A stretch of 38,839 bases of DNA, from UHGV virus genome UHGV-0037042, one strand, 5' to 3'. Below the pieces are notes generated by a model that was not told where the DNA came from, ran no database searches, and saw only the letters and a program-made list of their open reading frames with translations. Shown here in pieces: positions 29,101 to 38,762 of this stretch. Source of the stretch: a virus. Both the position numbers and the translations under genes were made by a program. How positions within the stretch are numbered: position 1 is the first letter of the stretch; every line of letters begins with the position of its first letter.

Positions 29101-30117
29101 CGGGTCCACACCAGCACCAATAACACCAGCACTCAGCTTAGCACCTAGACCAGCATCAGCAGCGCGGGAGTCAGCCTCAAAGTTCTCGTTGGCTAGCTTA
29201 ATGAGGGCATCAAGATTCTCAGGAGAACCACCAGTCACCACGTTGATGTACGCAGGGTTCTTAACCTCGGTTCGAATCTTCTCTAACTCTTCTGGAGTCC
29301 AGATGTGAGAGTTCCAGCGAGTCGGCGTAATGGTGTCTTTAAACACATCAAAACCATTATCGAGACGACCAGCACGGAAAGCCATCCCAGCGACTGAGTT
29401 GGAGAGTTCAGCTTCGGCAGCATCTTTGAATCCGAAGAAGGTTGAACGATTGTTGTACTCGTCAAGCGTTTCTCCGTGGGTCTCCCAAAAGTCCTTGGCG
29501 AATGGTTTCGCCGGAGCCTCCTGTTCGATACCCTTAACGTCGAAACTTGTGGACTCAGGAAGTTCCTGTGTAACCTTCTGCTTATGTCCAATACCAGCAA
29601 GTCCTACCTCAGCCGGAATGCCTTTACCCTTTGGGGTGATACCACCGAATGCTTCCAACTGTCCAGCCATAGGAGACTTGGCAACATCCAGAAGATTACG
29701 TAGGTAGTTTCGTCCCTCCTCGGAGATAGCCGAGAAGTCACCCTTAGAGTATGCCTCAAGTTGAGGATTCCCCAAGCGTCCCTCACCTTGGTTATACGCA
29801 AGGGCAGCTTTAAGTTCATCGCCATCAAACTTACCAACCAGACCTGCAAGGTGCTTAGCGGCAGCGTTGATAGCCAACTCAGGGTTCAGTCGGTCATCGT
29901 CTGGACCATCAGTAACGCGCAATCCCATTGCCTTGGCGGTTGCCTTGGTGAATTGCATCATACCTAAGGGTCCAGTCTTAGATTTAGCTGTTGGTTGGAA
30001 TCGTGATTCTGTCCAAGCGACTTTACGTAAAAGGTCATAAGAGACCCCGTTGGCATCAGCCGCCTTTTGGAACAGACCATCATAATCACTTGGTACGTTC
30101 TTATCGTACTTATCCAT
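26161..30117 (-). CDS. 16: Internal virion protein D gp16 with N-terminal lytic transglycosylase
   Basis: 1318 aa, same length as T7 gp16, with the N-terminal SLT motif (...VAWTESRF...). Confidence 0.97.
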   Translation of the reverse strand: MDKYDKNVPSDYDGLFQKAADANGVSYDLLRKVAWTESRFQPTAKSKTGPLGMMQFTKATAKAMGLRVTDGPDDDRLNPELAINAAAKHLAGLVGKFDGDELKAALAYNQGEGRLGNPQLEAYSKGDFSAISEEGRNYLRNLLDVAKSPMAGQLEAFGGITPKGKGIPAEVGLAGIGHKQKVTQELPESTSFDVKGIEQEAPAKPFAKDFWETHGETLDEYNNRSTFFGFKDAAEAELSNSVAGMAFRAGRLDNGFDVFKDTITPTRWNSHIWTPEELEKIRTEVKNPAYINVVTGGSPENLDALIKLANENFEADSRAADAGLGAKLSAGVIGAGVDPLSYVPMVGVTGKGFKLINKALVVGAESAALNVASEGLLTSVAGGDSDYAGAALGGFVFGAGMSAISDAIAAGLKRGKPEAEFDNEFIGPMMRMEARETARNANSTDLSRMNTENMKFEGEHNGVPYEDLPTEKGAVVLHDGSVISASNPINPKTLKEFSEVDPEKAAWGVKLAGFTEIGLKTLGSDDANIRRIAIDLVRSPTGMQSGASGKFGATASDIHERLHSTDQRTYNDLYKAMSDAMKDPEFSTGGSKMSREEARYTIYRRAALAIERPELQKVLTPSERIVMDIIKRHFDTKRELMENPAIFGNTKAVSIFPESRHKGTYIPHVYDRHAKALMIQRYGAEGLQEGIARSWLNSYASRPEVKARVDEMLKEVHGVKEVTPEMVEKYAMDKAYGISHSDQFTNSSVIEENIEGLVGIENNSFLEARNLFDSDLSITMPDGQQFAVNDLRDFDMFRIMPAYDRRINGDIAIMGSTGKTTQELKDEILALKASAEGNGKKTGEVHALMDTVKILTGRARRNHDTVWETSLRSINDLGFFAKNAYMGAQNLTEIAGMIATGNVRALGHGIPILRDTLYKSKPVSAKELKELHASLFGKEVDQLIRPKRADIVQRLREATDTGPMVANIVGTLKYSTQELAARSPWTKMLNGTTNYLLDAARQGMLGDVISATLSGKTTRWEKEGFLRGASVTPEQMKGIKALIKEHMVRGEDGKYTVKDKQAFSMDPRAMDLWRLADKVADEAMLRPHKVSLQDSHAFGALGKMVMQFKSFTIKSLNSKFIKLFYDGYKNSRAVDAALTGIISMGLAGGYYAMAAHVKAYGMPKEKRKEYLERALDPTMIAHASLSRSSQLGAPLAMADLIGGAFGVESSKMARSTILPKDTMKKRDPNKPYTSWEVMGAMGSNLLEQMPSAGFVANVGATLLNTAGVVNAPNKATEQDFMTGLMNSTKELVPNDPLTQQLVLKIYEANGVNLKERRK

Positions 30118-30143
30118 TTAGGGCCTCCTTATGTAGCCTTTAG

Positions 30144-32387
30144 TTACTCCTTACGTCCATAGATGAACTTCGGAGTCTGTTTACGTTTCTCTCGGACTCG
30201 TTTAGCACCAGCTTCACGAGCCTTGGTGGCAGCAGTGATAGGTGCTCGCTTGTTGACATCCTTCAATGCTTTCTCACGAGCTTTCTCTTCAAGTTTCTTC
30301 TGGTTCTCACTCCAGACCTTAGAGAGTAGCTCTTTGTCATACCGGATTCGCACTTGACCAGTGGTGTCCATAAGATAAATGGAGTCACCTTGGGAATACA
30401 TGGTCAGTTGCTTGTTGGTAATCCAGGGGTTGTTCGCTATGATTCCCTTACGTGCTTCCTCCAAAATATCACGACCTTGTTCCCACGATTTAGGGTCCGA
30501 GTTGACTTGCATCATATTCTTAGGGATTACACCAACGGTATCACCATCAACATCGTCTCCGGTAAACGTGTATGTAGATTCCTTAAGGAACTTTGACATC
30601 TGCTCCATAGCCATGCTTTCGTTACCTGAGCGGTATTTAACGGAGTCATAAATCTTACGAGCAGAGTCACGAAGCTCCGCTGGCATACGGGCAATCTCAG
30701 GTGCGGTTGAGCTATTCAGGGCAGACTCGAACGCCTTATCGTCTTCGAAGCGTTGCTCCTTGGAGCGTTTGGCACTCAGTCTGTCAGCATCAAGAATAAC
30801 CTGAGGGTCGATACCTTGCTTGTCCATCATGTCCAACGTTAAGAACAACTCGGCTTGGTCTGGATACAACGCAGCAATCAACTGTGGGTCAGCATTACGG
30901 ATTCTACGTAGAGCGTTCATCGCTGGAGTATTGCTAGGCAGCTTACCGTTAATCACAGCGGCAGACCACTCTTGACTAGCGTCTGTTACCATAGTTCCGA
31001 TTGCTGTACGAAATGCACCGTCCTTAGAGTCAGCTTGAAGGTACTTCAACTTCATAGCGTCCTTAGCGCCATCTGGAATATCCATACGGTCAATCTCAGC
31101 TAGTTTCTTATTGGCGTAGTTAACCATATCGCTATGCTTGAACTCCCCAGTGTTCTCGTTGGTAGGCATGTCCTTGAAGTCCGTTGAGACCCACTCACCG
31201 TTGATTCGCTTCTGGAACTGCTTATCGATTACATCAAGTTTGTTCATCGACTTCATGGAATCATCCAGAGCCTTGGCCTGAGCTTTCGTCCATGCATTCA
31301 TCTGGTTCTGAACTTGCTCCTGTGCCGAGATTAACCACTGACGCTGAGGTGTCATCTGTTCATCAGGTTGCACCTTATCGAGTTCCGCTTTGATACCTTG
31401 AAGCATCTCCCACGCAGTACGAGGGTCTTCTTGGTTCAACGCAGAGTTAATCTTTAAGCGGTACTGTTCGTTCAACTTAGCGTCGTTCTCAAACTGAGAC
31501 CGTTGCGCTGTGACCATAAGTGCATTCCACTGCTCTTCACCCATCAACTCTCGGTAAGTCGTAGTGGCCCCGTTGAGTGTTACCTTCTTGTCGCCAACTC
31601 GCATCAGGAAGTCAGCACCACCAGCACGGCTGGAAGCATCACTGAACGCTTGACCAATAAGCTGTGTAGCCTGAGCGTCAGACGGGATAGCTCCAGTAAC
31701 CAGACCATTGTCGATGTACTTCTCAAAGAAGTCAGCGGAGTCTGGACGACGAAGCATATCAGGGTCTTGAAGTACACCGTTGAGTTCCACTCGGCTGTTC
31801 ATGATGGCACCCTTCTGAGCTTGTTGGCTCAAGAAGTTATCGTGTGCACCATACAGCGAAATGTTACGCTCGGTAATGTCTCCGTTGAAACCACGCTGAT
31901 AGTCAACATCCTCAGGGTCAATCCCGAACTGCTCAGCGTATGCCTTCGCGCCCTCTTGAAGACGACTATGACGATACTGTTCCATCTCTTCACGAGTACG
32001 GAAGACACCTTCTTTAACCTTCTGCATAACGTCATCGTCAACGAGGTACGCAGCGTTGCGACCAGTCTTGACTCGTAGTGCTTCCATAGCGTATGGGTCA
32101 TCCTGATACAGAAGGGTCCCGTTATTGAGGGCCTCTCGACGTTGCTCAGGGGTCAACTTACGGATAATCTCGTTAGAGCGTTCATCAGCAAGGTCGCGTG
32201 CTCTTTGCTCCTTTGCTGCATACATGTCAGCACCTGCCTTAGCAAATCGACCAATGGTGTCCAATAGGCTGGACTTAGGTTGCTCAGCTTGTGTTGATGC
32301 GGCTCTGTAGCCCATACCACCAGCGCCACTACGTAACCGAGAGAGTCCCGGCTGTGCCGCTTGAAGGGCAGATTCAATCTTACTCAT
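30144..32387 (-). CDS. 15: Internal virion protein C gp15
   Basis: 747 aa, same length as T7 gp15, syntenic. Confidence 0.95.
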   Translation of the reverse strand: MSKIESALQAAQPGLSRLRSGAGGMGYRAASTQAEQPKSSLLDTIGRFAKAGADMYAAKEQRARDLADERSNEIIRKLTPEQRREALNNGTLLYQDDPYAMEALRVKTGRNAAYLVDDDVMQKVKEGVFRTREEMEQYRHSRLQEGAKAYAEQFGIDPEDVDYQRGFNGDITERNISLYGAHDNFLSQQAQKGAIMNSRVELNGVLQDPDMLRRPDSADFFEKYIDNGLVTGAIPSDAQATQLIGQAFSDASSRAGGADFLMRVGDKKVTLNGATTTYRELMGEEQWNALMVTAQRSQFENDAKLNEQYRLKINSALNQEDPRTAWEMLQGIKAELDKVQPDEQMTPQRQWLISAQEQVQNQMNAWTKAQAKALDDSMKSMNKLDVIDKQFQKRINGEWVSTDFKDMPTNENTGEFKHSDMVNYANKKLAEIDRMDIPDGAKDAMKLKYLQADSKDGAFRTAIGTMVTDASQEWSAAVINGKLPSNTPAMNALRRIRNADPQLIAALYPDQAELFLTLDMMDKQGIDPQVILDADRLSAKRSKEQRFEDDKAFESALNSSTAPEIARMPAELRDSARKIYDSVKYRSGNESMAMEQMSKFLKESTYTFTGDDVDGDTVGVIPKNMMQVNSDPKSWEQGRDILEEARKGIIANNPWITNKQLTMYSQGDSIYLMDTTGQVRIRYDKELLSKVWSENQKKLEEKAREKALKDVNKRAPITAATKAREAGAKRVREKRKQTPKFIYGRKE

Positions 32388-32393
32388 AGTTCA

Positions 32394-32984
32394 TTACCTC
32401 CCCGTCTTGGTTCCTTTAGCGGCAACTATAGGTGCCTTAGTGGTTGACTTAGAGTCGAACGCTCCAGATGCATAAGCACTAGCAGCGGAAGACCCCATGA
32501 TAGCCAGTGGGTCAAGAACCATCTGTAGCTTGCTCTTCTGTTTCTGTTCGCCTCTGTAGATTTCGTCAATCTGGCTTGCAGCACTTTGAGTACCACCAAG
32601 TTGTTGCGCGAAGATTGCTTGATAGTCTCGTCGGTAGTTCTCAGTTACCATGTTGGCTTCCCGAATGAACTGACCTTCTGTGACTCGCTTAATGCGGTCC
32701 ATTGAGGAACCTTCAAGCATACTCTCTCCGATAGCCGCTCGGATTGACCCCATAGCCTGAACCTTCTGCATGTTCTGAGAGGTCAACTCCGAGGACGCTT
32801 CCTCAAGTTTACTTCGAGCTTGCAACGATAGGTCAGCATTCTGAATGTTCGTCTGCTTCATTAGTTCGATAGCTTGACGACGCCCAGCAGCGGTCTGAGC
32901 GGCAATCATTTTGGCCTGAGAGTTCTGACCACTAATAGCCTGAGCACCAGCCAATGCGATTGGAATTGCAGCCATCCAGCACAT
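32394..32984 (-). CDS. 14: Internal virion protein B gp14
   Basis: 196 aa, same length as T7 gp14, syntenic. Confidence 0.92.
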   Translation of the reverse strand: MCWMAAIPIALAGAQAISGQNSQAKMIAAQTAAGRRQAIELMKQTNIQNADLSLQARSKLEEASSELTSQNMQKVQAMGSIRAAIGESMLEGSSMDRIKRVTEGQFIREANMVTENYRRDYQAIFAQQLGGTQSAASQIDEIYRGEQKQKSKLQMVLDPLAIMGSSAASAYASGAFDSKSTTKAPIVAAKGTKTGR

Positions 32985-32988
32985 ATGG

Positions 32989-33405
32989 TTATCCTCCTTT
33001 CGTTATTGTAAATAATTGAAATTGACCCTCCTGTGTGTACTCTTCATGGAATACCGCACCGATAGTCTTGAGGAAACGAATGTGGGACGTATTGCCAACC
33101 CATACGTAATTCCAAAGAGTATCATACTTCTCAAGCATCTTATCGCGATACTCCATGATTAACTTACGGAACTCTCGCTTAGCCTTTCCGCTAAGTCTCC
33201 ACACTTGGTCGCTCGTAACGAACCAGCATTGGTCCCCACAGTTACCTCCAATGGCTAGAGGGAACCCATAGAGGCTCAACGTGACACACTCGGAAGCATC
33301 AGGGAAACTCGGCTCAATACCAGCAGCCTTAGCTTCAAGAATGTCATGGTGAGCCGGAGTGAATACCTCAAAGTCTGTACTTTTAGTAGGTCTTATAATC
33401 ATCAT
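32989..33405 (-). CDS. 13: Internal virion protein A gp13
   Basis: 138 aa from MMIIRPTKSTDFEVF..., with a GGGAGGG RBS. Downstream of φ13. The track ORF extends upstream through the promoter. Confidence 0.85.
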   Translation of the reverse strand: MMIIRPTKSTDFEVFTPAHHDILEAKAAGIEPSFPDASECVTLSLYGFPLAIGGNCGDQCWFVTSDQVWRLSGKAKREFRKLIMEYRDKMLEKYDTLWNYVWVGNTSHIRFLKTIGAVFHEEYTQEGQFQLFTITKGG

Positions 33406-33433
33406 AAGAAAACCCTCCCGTAGTCGTATTGTT

Positions 33434-33456
33434 CTCCCTATAGTGAGTCGTATTAA
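33434..33456 (-). promoter_or_regulatory. φ13 promoter
   Basis: Exact consensus (revcomp), enclosed by the GTTCTCCCT...AGGGAGAAC inverted repeat (R13). Confidence 0.95.
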
Positions 33457-33483
33457 TTCCACACCACAGGGAGAACATTTTAA

Positions 33484-35874
33484 TTAAATACCAGAACTCC
33501 TCCGTAAGTAGTTTCCTTCCCAGCCACACCCAATGATGTTCAGCGGGGTAGTCTCATCGGACAAGATAGACACGGTATTGAACTTGGCATTACCCACCAC
33601 AGGGAAACGGTATTGTCCGGTCCCTAAGTTCAGTCGCCCAGCCCTCAGGGTGTTAGAACCTAAGCGAGCACCAGCCATTGTGTACTTCCAGTTGGACGAT
33701 TGGTTCTCAACATAAATGTCGAACGTACCAGACTCCTCATAGTTAACCCACGCTCGGCGTAACTGCAAGCGACCAATGTCTTCCGTTGAGGTGGACCCAT
33801 CGTCGGCAGTCTGCTTGATGAGAAACTTAGAGAACTCATAGACGAAGTTAATGTTGAACCCAATATACACCGTGCGTCCCTCTAAGTTACCGTTGAGTCT
33901 CAACCAAGGGTCATTATTCCATCCAGCCGTAGGTTGCTCAAACACTGTGATTTTACCATCAGGTTCAAGTACAGTGATTTTGCCCCTACCGAAGTTGGCG
34001 TTATAGATGGTTGGTATGTGGATGGAAGTTTCGTAGGTGTCATCGTTGTACGTTCCACTAGGAATCGTGTAGCGAATCTTCATGTCCATAAAGGCACGAT
34101 AGGGTTCACCTTGTAAGTCAATGGCGTTCTTCGTAAAGGAAACTCTCGCAAGGAACGTATTGAACTCATTACGCAGGATAATGAACATATCTGAGTTGAT
34201 GCTCTGACACGCCAAAACCTGCACGTTTGCCCCAAAGTCCCAGTGAGACCATGACTGTTGTCTTAACTCTTCGTTAAGGTACAGGAATTTGTACATGAAG
34301 ATTTTGCTAGGGTCTCCGTGAGATAATACCGAACAGAAGTTTTCCGTACCACTACCACAAATACTGAACACACCATTGGGGATGTAGTTAGGAACGTGTG
34401 CTGTAATGTCCTCAGCGTTCTTAACGGAACTTACATCCTGCACAGCGTAGTATCTGTGGATGGACGTGAAGCTGGACCTCGGACTAGCAAAGTAGACATT
34501 ACGCCCAATGCCATACGGTCTCGCTCTATCCTGTACGTCAAACTGAGTCGTTAGGTTCAACTCAACCGACTTAGACGTGAGAGTGCCAGAAGCTGTCAGG
34601 ACGAATTGTACCTCATCGGACCAGATGAGTAACTCTTCTGAGAACGGTACGGCGTACTTGAGGATTGCTATCCGGTTTGTACTAACAGCTACGTCTATAG
34701 GGTCATCGTCGCTTAGGTTAGCGACTGACGCTGGGAAGAAGTTGAAGTATTTTGCAGTACGGCTCAATATAATGTTCTCTCCGCTAAGGAACCCTAAACG
34801 GTTACGGAAGAAGAAGACATCGTTAATCGTAGAGCCTACGAATGAAGGATACGGGTTAGTATCAGCATCACCACACATCCTAGGGTTCCATGAGATTGTC
34901 TTGAACTCAAAGTTGCCGTCAGAGGCCCTGATTAGAGCGTGAGGCATTGTATCGTGCGTGTAGTGCAGCTTGGTGTTCCACCCAACAACTTCCTTCCATA
35001 CCTTACGACTGGCATCATACTGAACGTAATACTGGTCAGCGGACTTTGAGGAATCTCCTACAATCTTAACCATGTAACCATCTGGAGCGTTTGGTGGCAG
35101 CTTAGAGAACGACTGAGCGTAGTGGGTGACAGGACTAATTAGCTGGTCTGCATAACCATCCTCTGTCGATATGTTCCACACCTCACCACTGGCAGGTGCT
35201 ATCACATGGATGAACCCTTGACCAACATTGAATGTCCACCCGTGTGGTCCTAGGTTGTTCCTGAGTTGAGTAGCCAACTCGTTAGCCAGCCATTGAGCAT
35301 CAGTATTGTTGACGTGTTCTGGAGCGGACCCGTTAGGGATTGTGTACGATGCATATACTGCACCATTAATCAGCACCTTCAACGTTCTTCCGTATTGACC
35401 TCCCCTTACGTTAATCAAAGCGTCACCTTTATCCCTGAATGTGCCACCAGTTGAGATTTCTGTAGACTCGGTGACTGTGACGTTCCTGTTCACAACAAAC
35501 GTGTAGTCTGCCACAGTGACCATCCTCAGGTCATTCCGTGGGTTAGCTGTCTGTACATATGCTGCCCCTGTAGGGAAACGCACTTGTTTCTCGTTACCAG
35601 CTAAATCAAAAACTCGGATGGTACTTCCGGTAAACACTGCATAGTACCGCTCGTATTCGTCTCGGTTAATAAGGTGAATATAAGGCGCTTGCCCTAAGTC
35701 ACCACTTCCTCCCAATGTCTTAAGGAAAACCATAGGTGGACGCTTTTGGAGGCCCTCGGTCTCCGAAGACCAACCGTTAACTTGGCGTGACCCTTGGTCT
35801 GGATAACGAAGGATGTCAGGCTGCTGGCTGATACCACCCTTCAAGTTCTTGATTGATTGGCTAATGAGTGCCAT
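33484..35874 (-). CDS. 12: Tail tubular protein B gp12
   Basis: 796 aa (T7 gp12 ~794), conserved sequence. Confidence 0.97.
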   Translation of the reverse strand: MALISQSIKNLKGGISQQPDILRYPDQGSRQVNGWSSETEGLQKRPPMVFLKTLGGSGDLGQAPYIHLINRDEYERYYAVFTGSTIRVFDLAGNEKQVRFPTGAAYVQTANPRNDLRMVTVADYTFVVNRNVTVTESTEISTGGTFRDKGDALINVRGGQYGRTLKVLINGAVYASYTIPNGSAPEHVNNTDAQWLANELATQLRNNLGPHGWTFNVGQGFIHVIAPASGEVWNISTEDGYADQLISPVTHYAQSFSKLPPNAPDGYMVKIVGDSSKSADQYYVQYDASRKVWKEVVGWNTKLHYTHDTMPHALIRASDGNFEFKTISWNPRMCGDADTNPYPSFVGSTINDVFFFRNRLGFLSGENIILSRTAKYFNFFPASVANLSDDDPIDVAVSTNRIAILKYAVPFSEELLIWSDEVQFVLTASGTLTSKSVELNLTTQFDVQDRARPYGIGRNVYFASPRSSFTSIHRYYAVQDVSSVKNAEDITAHVPNYIPNGVFSICGSGTENFCSVLSHGDPSKIFMYKFLYLNEELRQQSWSHWDFGANVQVLACQSINSDMFIILRNEFNTFLARVSFTKNAIDLQGEPYRAFMDMKIRYTIPSGTYNDDTYETSIHIPTIYNANFGRGKITVLEPDGKITVFEQPTAGWNNDPWLRLNGNLEGRTVYIGFNINFVYEFSKFLIKQTADDGSTSTEDIGRLQLRRAWVNYEESGTFDIYVENQSSNWKYTMAGARLGSNTLRAGRLNLGTGQYRFPVVGNAKFNTVSILSDETTPLNIIGCGWEGNYLRRSSGI

Positions 35875-35895
35875 TAGAGCCTCCTTATTTAGTAA

Positions 35896-36486
35896 TCAGC
35901 GAGTCAGTAGACCAGAAGTGAACGCATCGCCATCCAACATATTGTACCCACCGTAGTCCACTTCGTACTCCATACAGAGACGTCTAGCCTCATCTTCCTC
36001 TTCTTGGAGTACACCCTCTACTTCTGGTGCCCCAAAGAATCGGTTGTTGAACTGACGGGAAGCCTTGGTGACAATCCAGTAGCGGAAGCATTCAGGCATC
36101 TCATCGTAGTCTCTGAGACGGATAATGTTCACAGTAATGCCAGAGTCAAAGCGGTCTGATTGACTCGTTCGGTCATACACATAGCCACCTCGGTTGACAT
36201 AGATTGATTGACCGGAAGTAGCCATTAGGGATAAATAGTCATCGCTGTACACAATCAGGTTGGAGTAAACATCAGGTAATAGCGTTATGCCTTCCTCAAT
36301 GTTGAACGTCCAGCCACGAGACTGAATCTGCCTGTTAATCTTGTTGAGAATACGTCGAGCGTTCGCTACGTCTGCGTTAGAGTCACCCTCAAGCGTCGAT
36401 ACCGGAGGTTCACCGATAGATGCCAGAATGTCGTTCACAGCGGATAACTCAGCGGCAGTCTCAACGTTCATATCGTATGAGCGCAT
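35896..36486 (-). CDS. 11: Tail tubular protein A gp11
   Basis: 196 aa, same length as T7 gp11, conserved. Confidence 0.95.
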   Translation of the reverse strand: MRSYDMNVETAAELSAVNDILASIGEPPVSTLEGDSNADVANARRILNKINRQIQSRGWTFNIEEGITLLPDVYSNLIVYSDDYLSLMATSGQSIYVNRGGYVYDRTSQSDRFDSGITVNIIRLRDYDEMPECFRYWIVTKASRQFNNRFFGAPEVEGVLQEEEDEARRLCMEYEVDYGGYNMLDGDAFTSGLLTR

Positions 36487-36505
36487 ATAGTTTCTCCTTA
36501 TGAAG

Positions 36506-36553
36506 CAAAAAACCCCTCAAGACCCGTTTAGAGGCCCCAAGGGGTTATGCTAG
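36506..36553 (-). terminator. Tφ, phage-RNAP late terminator
   Basis: CTAGCATAACCCCTTGGGGCCTCTAAACGGGTCTTGAGGGGTTTTTTG (revcomp), the classical Tφ hairpin plus U-run downstream of gene 10B. Confidence 0.95.
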
Positions 36554-37743
36554 TTATTCACCCTCACCAGCAGAAGCCAACTCAGCTTCCTTTCGGGCTT
36601 TATTGGCAGCGCGCGTGCGTGCAGCTTTCTGTGCTGGCGTTAAGGTTTCTTCGGTTGAAGTAACACTCACCTCTTCGGAACTAGCAGCGACCGTTGAGGC
36701 CACTCCTTGCATTACTCCCCCTTGAAAACCACTGCACCAGCAGCTTCTGGGCGCAGACCGCCGTGACCCATTGCGTACTTGGCGATAATCTGGTCTGCTT
36801 GGAAGTTAGCACGGCGAGCGCGTTCCAGAGCCAAATCACGCAGCTTCACAGTACCAACGGCAGAGCGGTGCATGAACAGGCCGATAACGTTGTCCTTAGC
36901 AACCTTGTTGTTACCACCAACGGTTGCTGGGAAGGCGTGCTTCTGACCAGTTACACCATCGCGAGCAGTACCAGCGCCACCAGAGGTCAGGTGTGGAACC
37001 TCGACAACCTCAAAGCCCATAACGTTGCGGATAGAACCCTTCTCAGGGTCAATCAGAGCAGCGTAGTTTGCAGCGTTCGGCATCAGTGCTGCCAGAATCG
37101 CAGAGTAGCTATCTGGGTCACAGTAGAATACGCGGTCAGCAGCCGGAACGTAGTTCTTGGTCAGAGCCGCACGAGCCTTAGTCAAGGCAGCGATAATCTC
37201 TTTACCCAGAGCAACTTGGTCGGTCAGAGCAGCCTTGGTCTGAGACGCTTCGATAATCGTTGCAGTGCCGAGACCCTCAATGTTCTCATTAGAGGCGCTC
37301 GCCAAGTTACACAGGCCAGCAATCTCAGCCAGAACTGCACCATCGGCAGCCATTGCCAGAGACTCGCCCAACTGGGAGGTGTACTCAGAACGAACGTCGT
37401 AGTGGTTCATCGCGTCCTCGATATCGTAAATCAGAACGTCAGCCGTCAGGAGACCATCAATGGTGATTACCTTTTCGGTGTGCTTGATGTCTTTACGTTT
37501 ATCGTCGAGGTTCTCACCCGGAGCCAGATATGCTGCCTGAGTGCGACCCAGTACAGGGAACTGAGCAGATTTACCGCTGGAGATGGAGCGGACCATGTGT
37601 CGAGAAGTGGTCACGGAGGTACGAGCGAATGCAGTCAGGACTTCACCACCAAATACCTTTAAGAACAACGCCAGTTTATCAGAAGCACTTGCACCTTTAC
37701 CTTGGTTAGTACCCAGTTGCTGTCCACCGGTCATGTTAGCCAT
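36544..37743 (-). CDS. 10B: Minor capsid protein gp10B (programmed -1 frameshift near 36723)
   Basis: Slippery GGTTTTC sits just before the 10A stop. The -1 frame continues as ...GFQGGVMQGVASTVAASSEEVSVTSTEETLTPAQKAARTRAANKARKEAELASAGEGE and stops just upstream of Tφ, as in T7 10B. Confidence 0.65.
36712..37743 (-). CDS. 10A: Major capsid protein gp10A
   Basis: 343 aa with N-terminus MANMTGGQQLGTNQGKG..., downstream of φ10 and the s10 leader (AAGAAGGAGATACACATATG). Confidence 0.97.
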   Translation of the reverse strand: MANMTGGQQLGTNQGKGASASDKLALFLKVFGGEVLTAFARTSVTTSRHMVRSISSGKSAQFPVLGRTQAAYLAPGENLDDKRKDIKHTEKVITIDGLLTADVLIYDIEDAMNHYDVRSEYTSQLGESLAMAADGAVLAEIAGLCNLASASNENIEGLGTATIIEASQTKAALTDQVALGKEIIAALTKARAALTKNYVPAADRVFYCDPDSYSAILAALMPNAANYAALIDPEKGSIRNVMGFEVVEVPHLTSGGAGTARDGVTGQKHAFPATVGGNNKVAKDNVIGLFMHRSAVGTVKLRDLALERARRANFQADQIIAKYAMGHGGLRPEAAGAVVFKGE

Positions 37744-37803
37744 ATGTGTATCTCCTTCTTAAGAAAGTTAAACAAATTATTTCTAGAGGGAAACCGTTGT
37801 GGT

Positions 37804-37826
37804 CTCCCTATAGTGAGTCGTATTAA
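37804..37826 (-). promoter_or_regulatory. φ10 promoter plus s10 leader
   Basis: Exact consensus (revcomp), followed by GGGAGACCACAACGGTTTCCCTCTAGAAATAATTTGTTTAACTTTCTTAAGAAGGAGATACACATATG. Confidence 0.97.
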
Positions 37827-37838
37827 TTTCAGAGTCTA

Positions 37839-38762
37839 TCAGAAGTTCGAATCGATTACTTTCTGTTCGACTTGACGACGATAGTTGGCATCTGTGCGAT
37901 ACCGAGGGTCACTCATAGCTTTAATCATCTCGCTACGGTCTGCAAAGCCTTCACGCTTAGTAGCCTGAGGTTTAGCAGGAATAGCACGATTAGTTACACT
38001 ACGAGTTGGCTTACGACCGAACGCCTTAGCGCGAGACTCACCAGCCAAGTTGATGATAGCCTTAACGGTCGCTAAGTCACGATTGGTCAACGCATTGTCC
38101 AGCGACTGTGCGGCCTCAGGGTTGTGCGTCTCAAGGTGATTATACAGTGCGTCAAAACGGTCACGACCACCAGCATATTCAATCACACTGTTTACGTACT
38201 GTTCCACCAGAGCCTCTTGACCACGGATGTATGAGTCAATGAAAGCCTTAGTGTAACCAATTTCAGCCAACTTAGCGTAGGACGCATCGGACAACTCTTC
38301 GTTCTCCTCGTACTCACGCTGGATAGCCTCAATGGTTTCGGCACTCATACCACGCTCGGCAGCAATGTTAATCATCTCTTGGAAGCCCTCTTCGTGCTCA
38401 CCAAGTTGCTCAGAGGCAGCTACCAGTTCTTCTGGAGTCTCACCCAGCGGTGTAAACTCTTCGGAACCTTCGGTGCCCTCAAAGCCTTCTTCTCCAGTGT
38501 CCACATCGGTCGGCTCGGAGCCATCGCCAATACGAACCTGAATGCGCCCCTCATCGTCCTCTTGACCGAATGGGTCAGAGTTATCGTACAGGTCACGTTC
38601 AGTTTCCACTTCGTCGGACGCTAACTCGATTGCATCATCGCCATCACGGGCAGCAACATCCAGAGCCAGCATATTCTGTTCGTGTTCCTCAACGGAACCA
38701 CCAGACATCACAGCAGAGTTTACGCCGAAGGACGCATATACATCAGCATTAGATTCAGCCAT
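37839..38762 (-). CDS. 9: Scaffolding protein gp9
   Basis: 307 aa from MAESNADVYASFGVNSAVMSGGS..., with ATG 38762 and a TTTAAGGAGA RBS. The track's upstream extension is read-through of the leader up to the window edge. Confidence 0.95.
   Translation of the reverse strand: MAESNADVYASFGVNSAVMSGGSVEEHEQNMLALDVAARDGDDAIELASDEVETERDLYDNSDPFGQEDDEGRIQVRIGDGSEPTDVDTGEEGFEGTEGSEEFTPLGETPEELVAASEQLGEHEEGFQEMINIAAERGMSAETIEAIQREYEENEELSDASYAKLAEIGYTKAFIDSYIRGQEALVEQYVNSVIEYAGGRDRFDALYNHLETHNPEAAQSLDNALTNRDLATVKAIINLAGESRAKAFGRKPTRSVTNRAIPAKPQATKREGFADRSEMIKAMSDPRYRTDANYRRQVEQKVIDSNF

Noticed and set aside
36694-37662. 322-aa plus-strand ORF
   Set aside because: Exactly antisense to the major capsid gene 10A. 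An artefact of a long highly expressed gene with biased codon usage.
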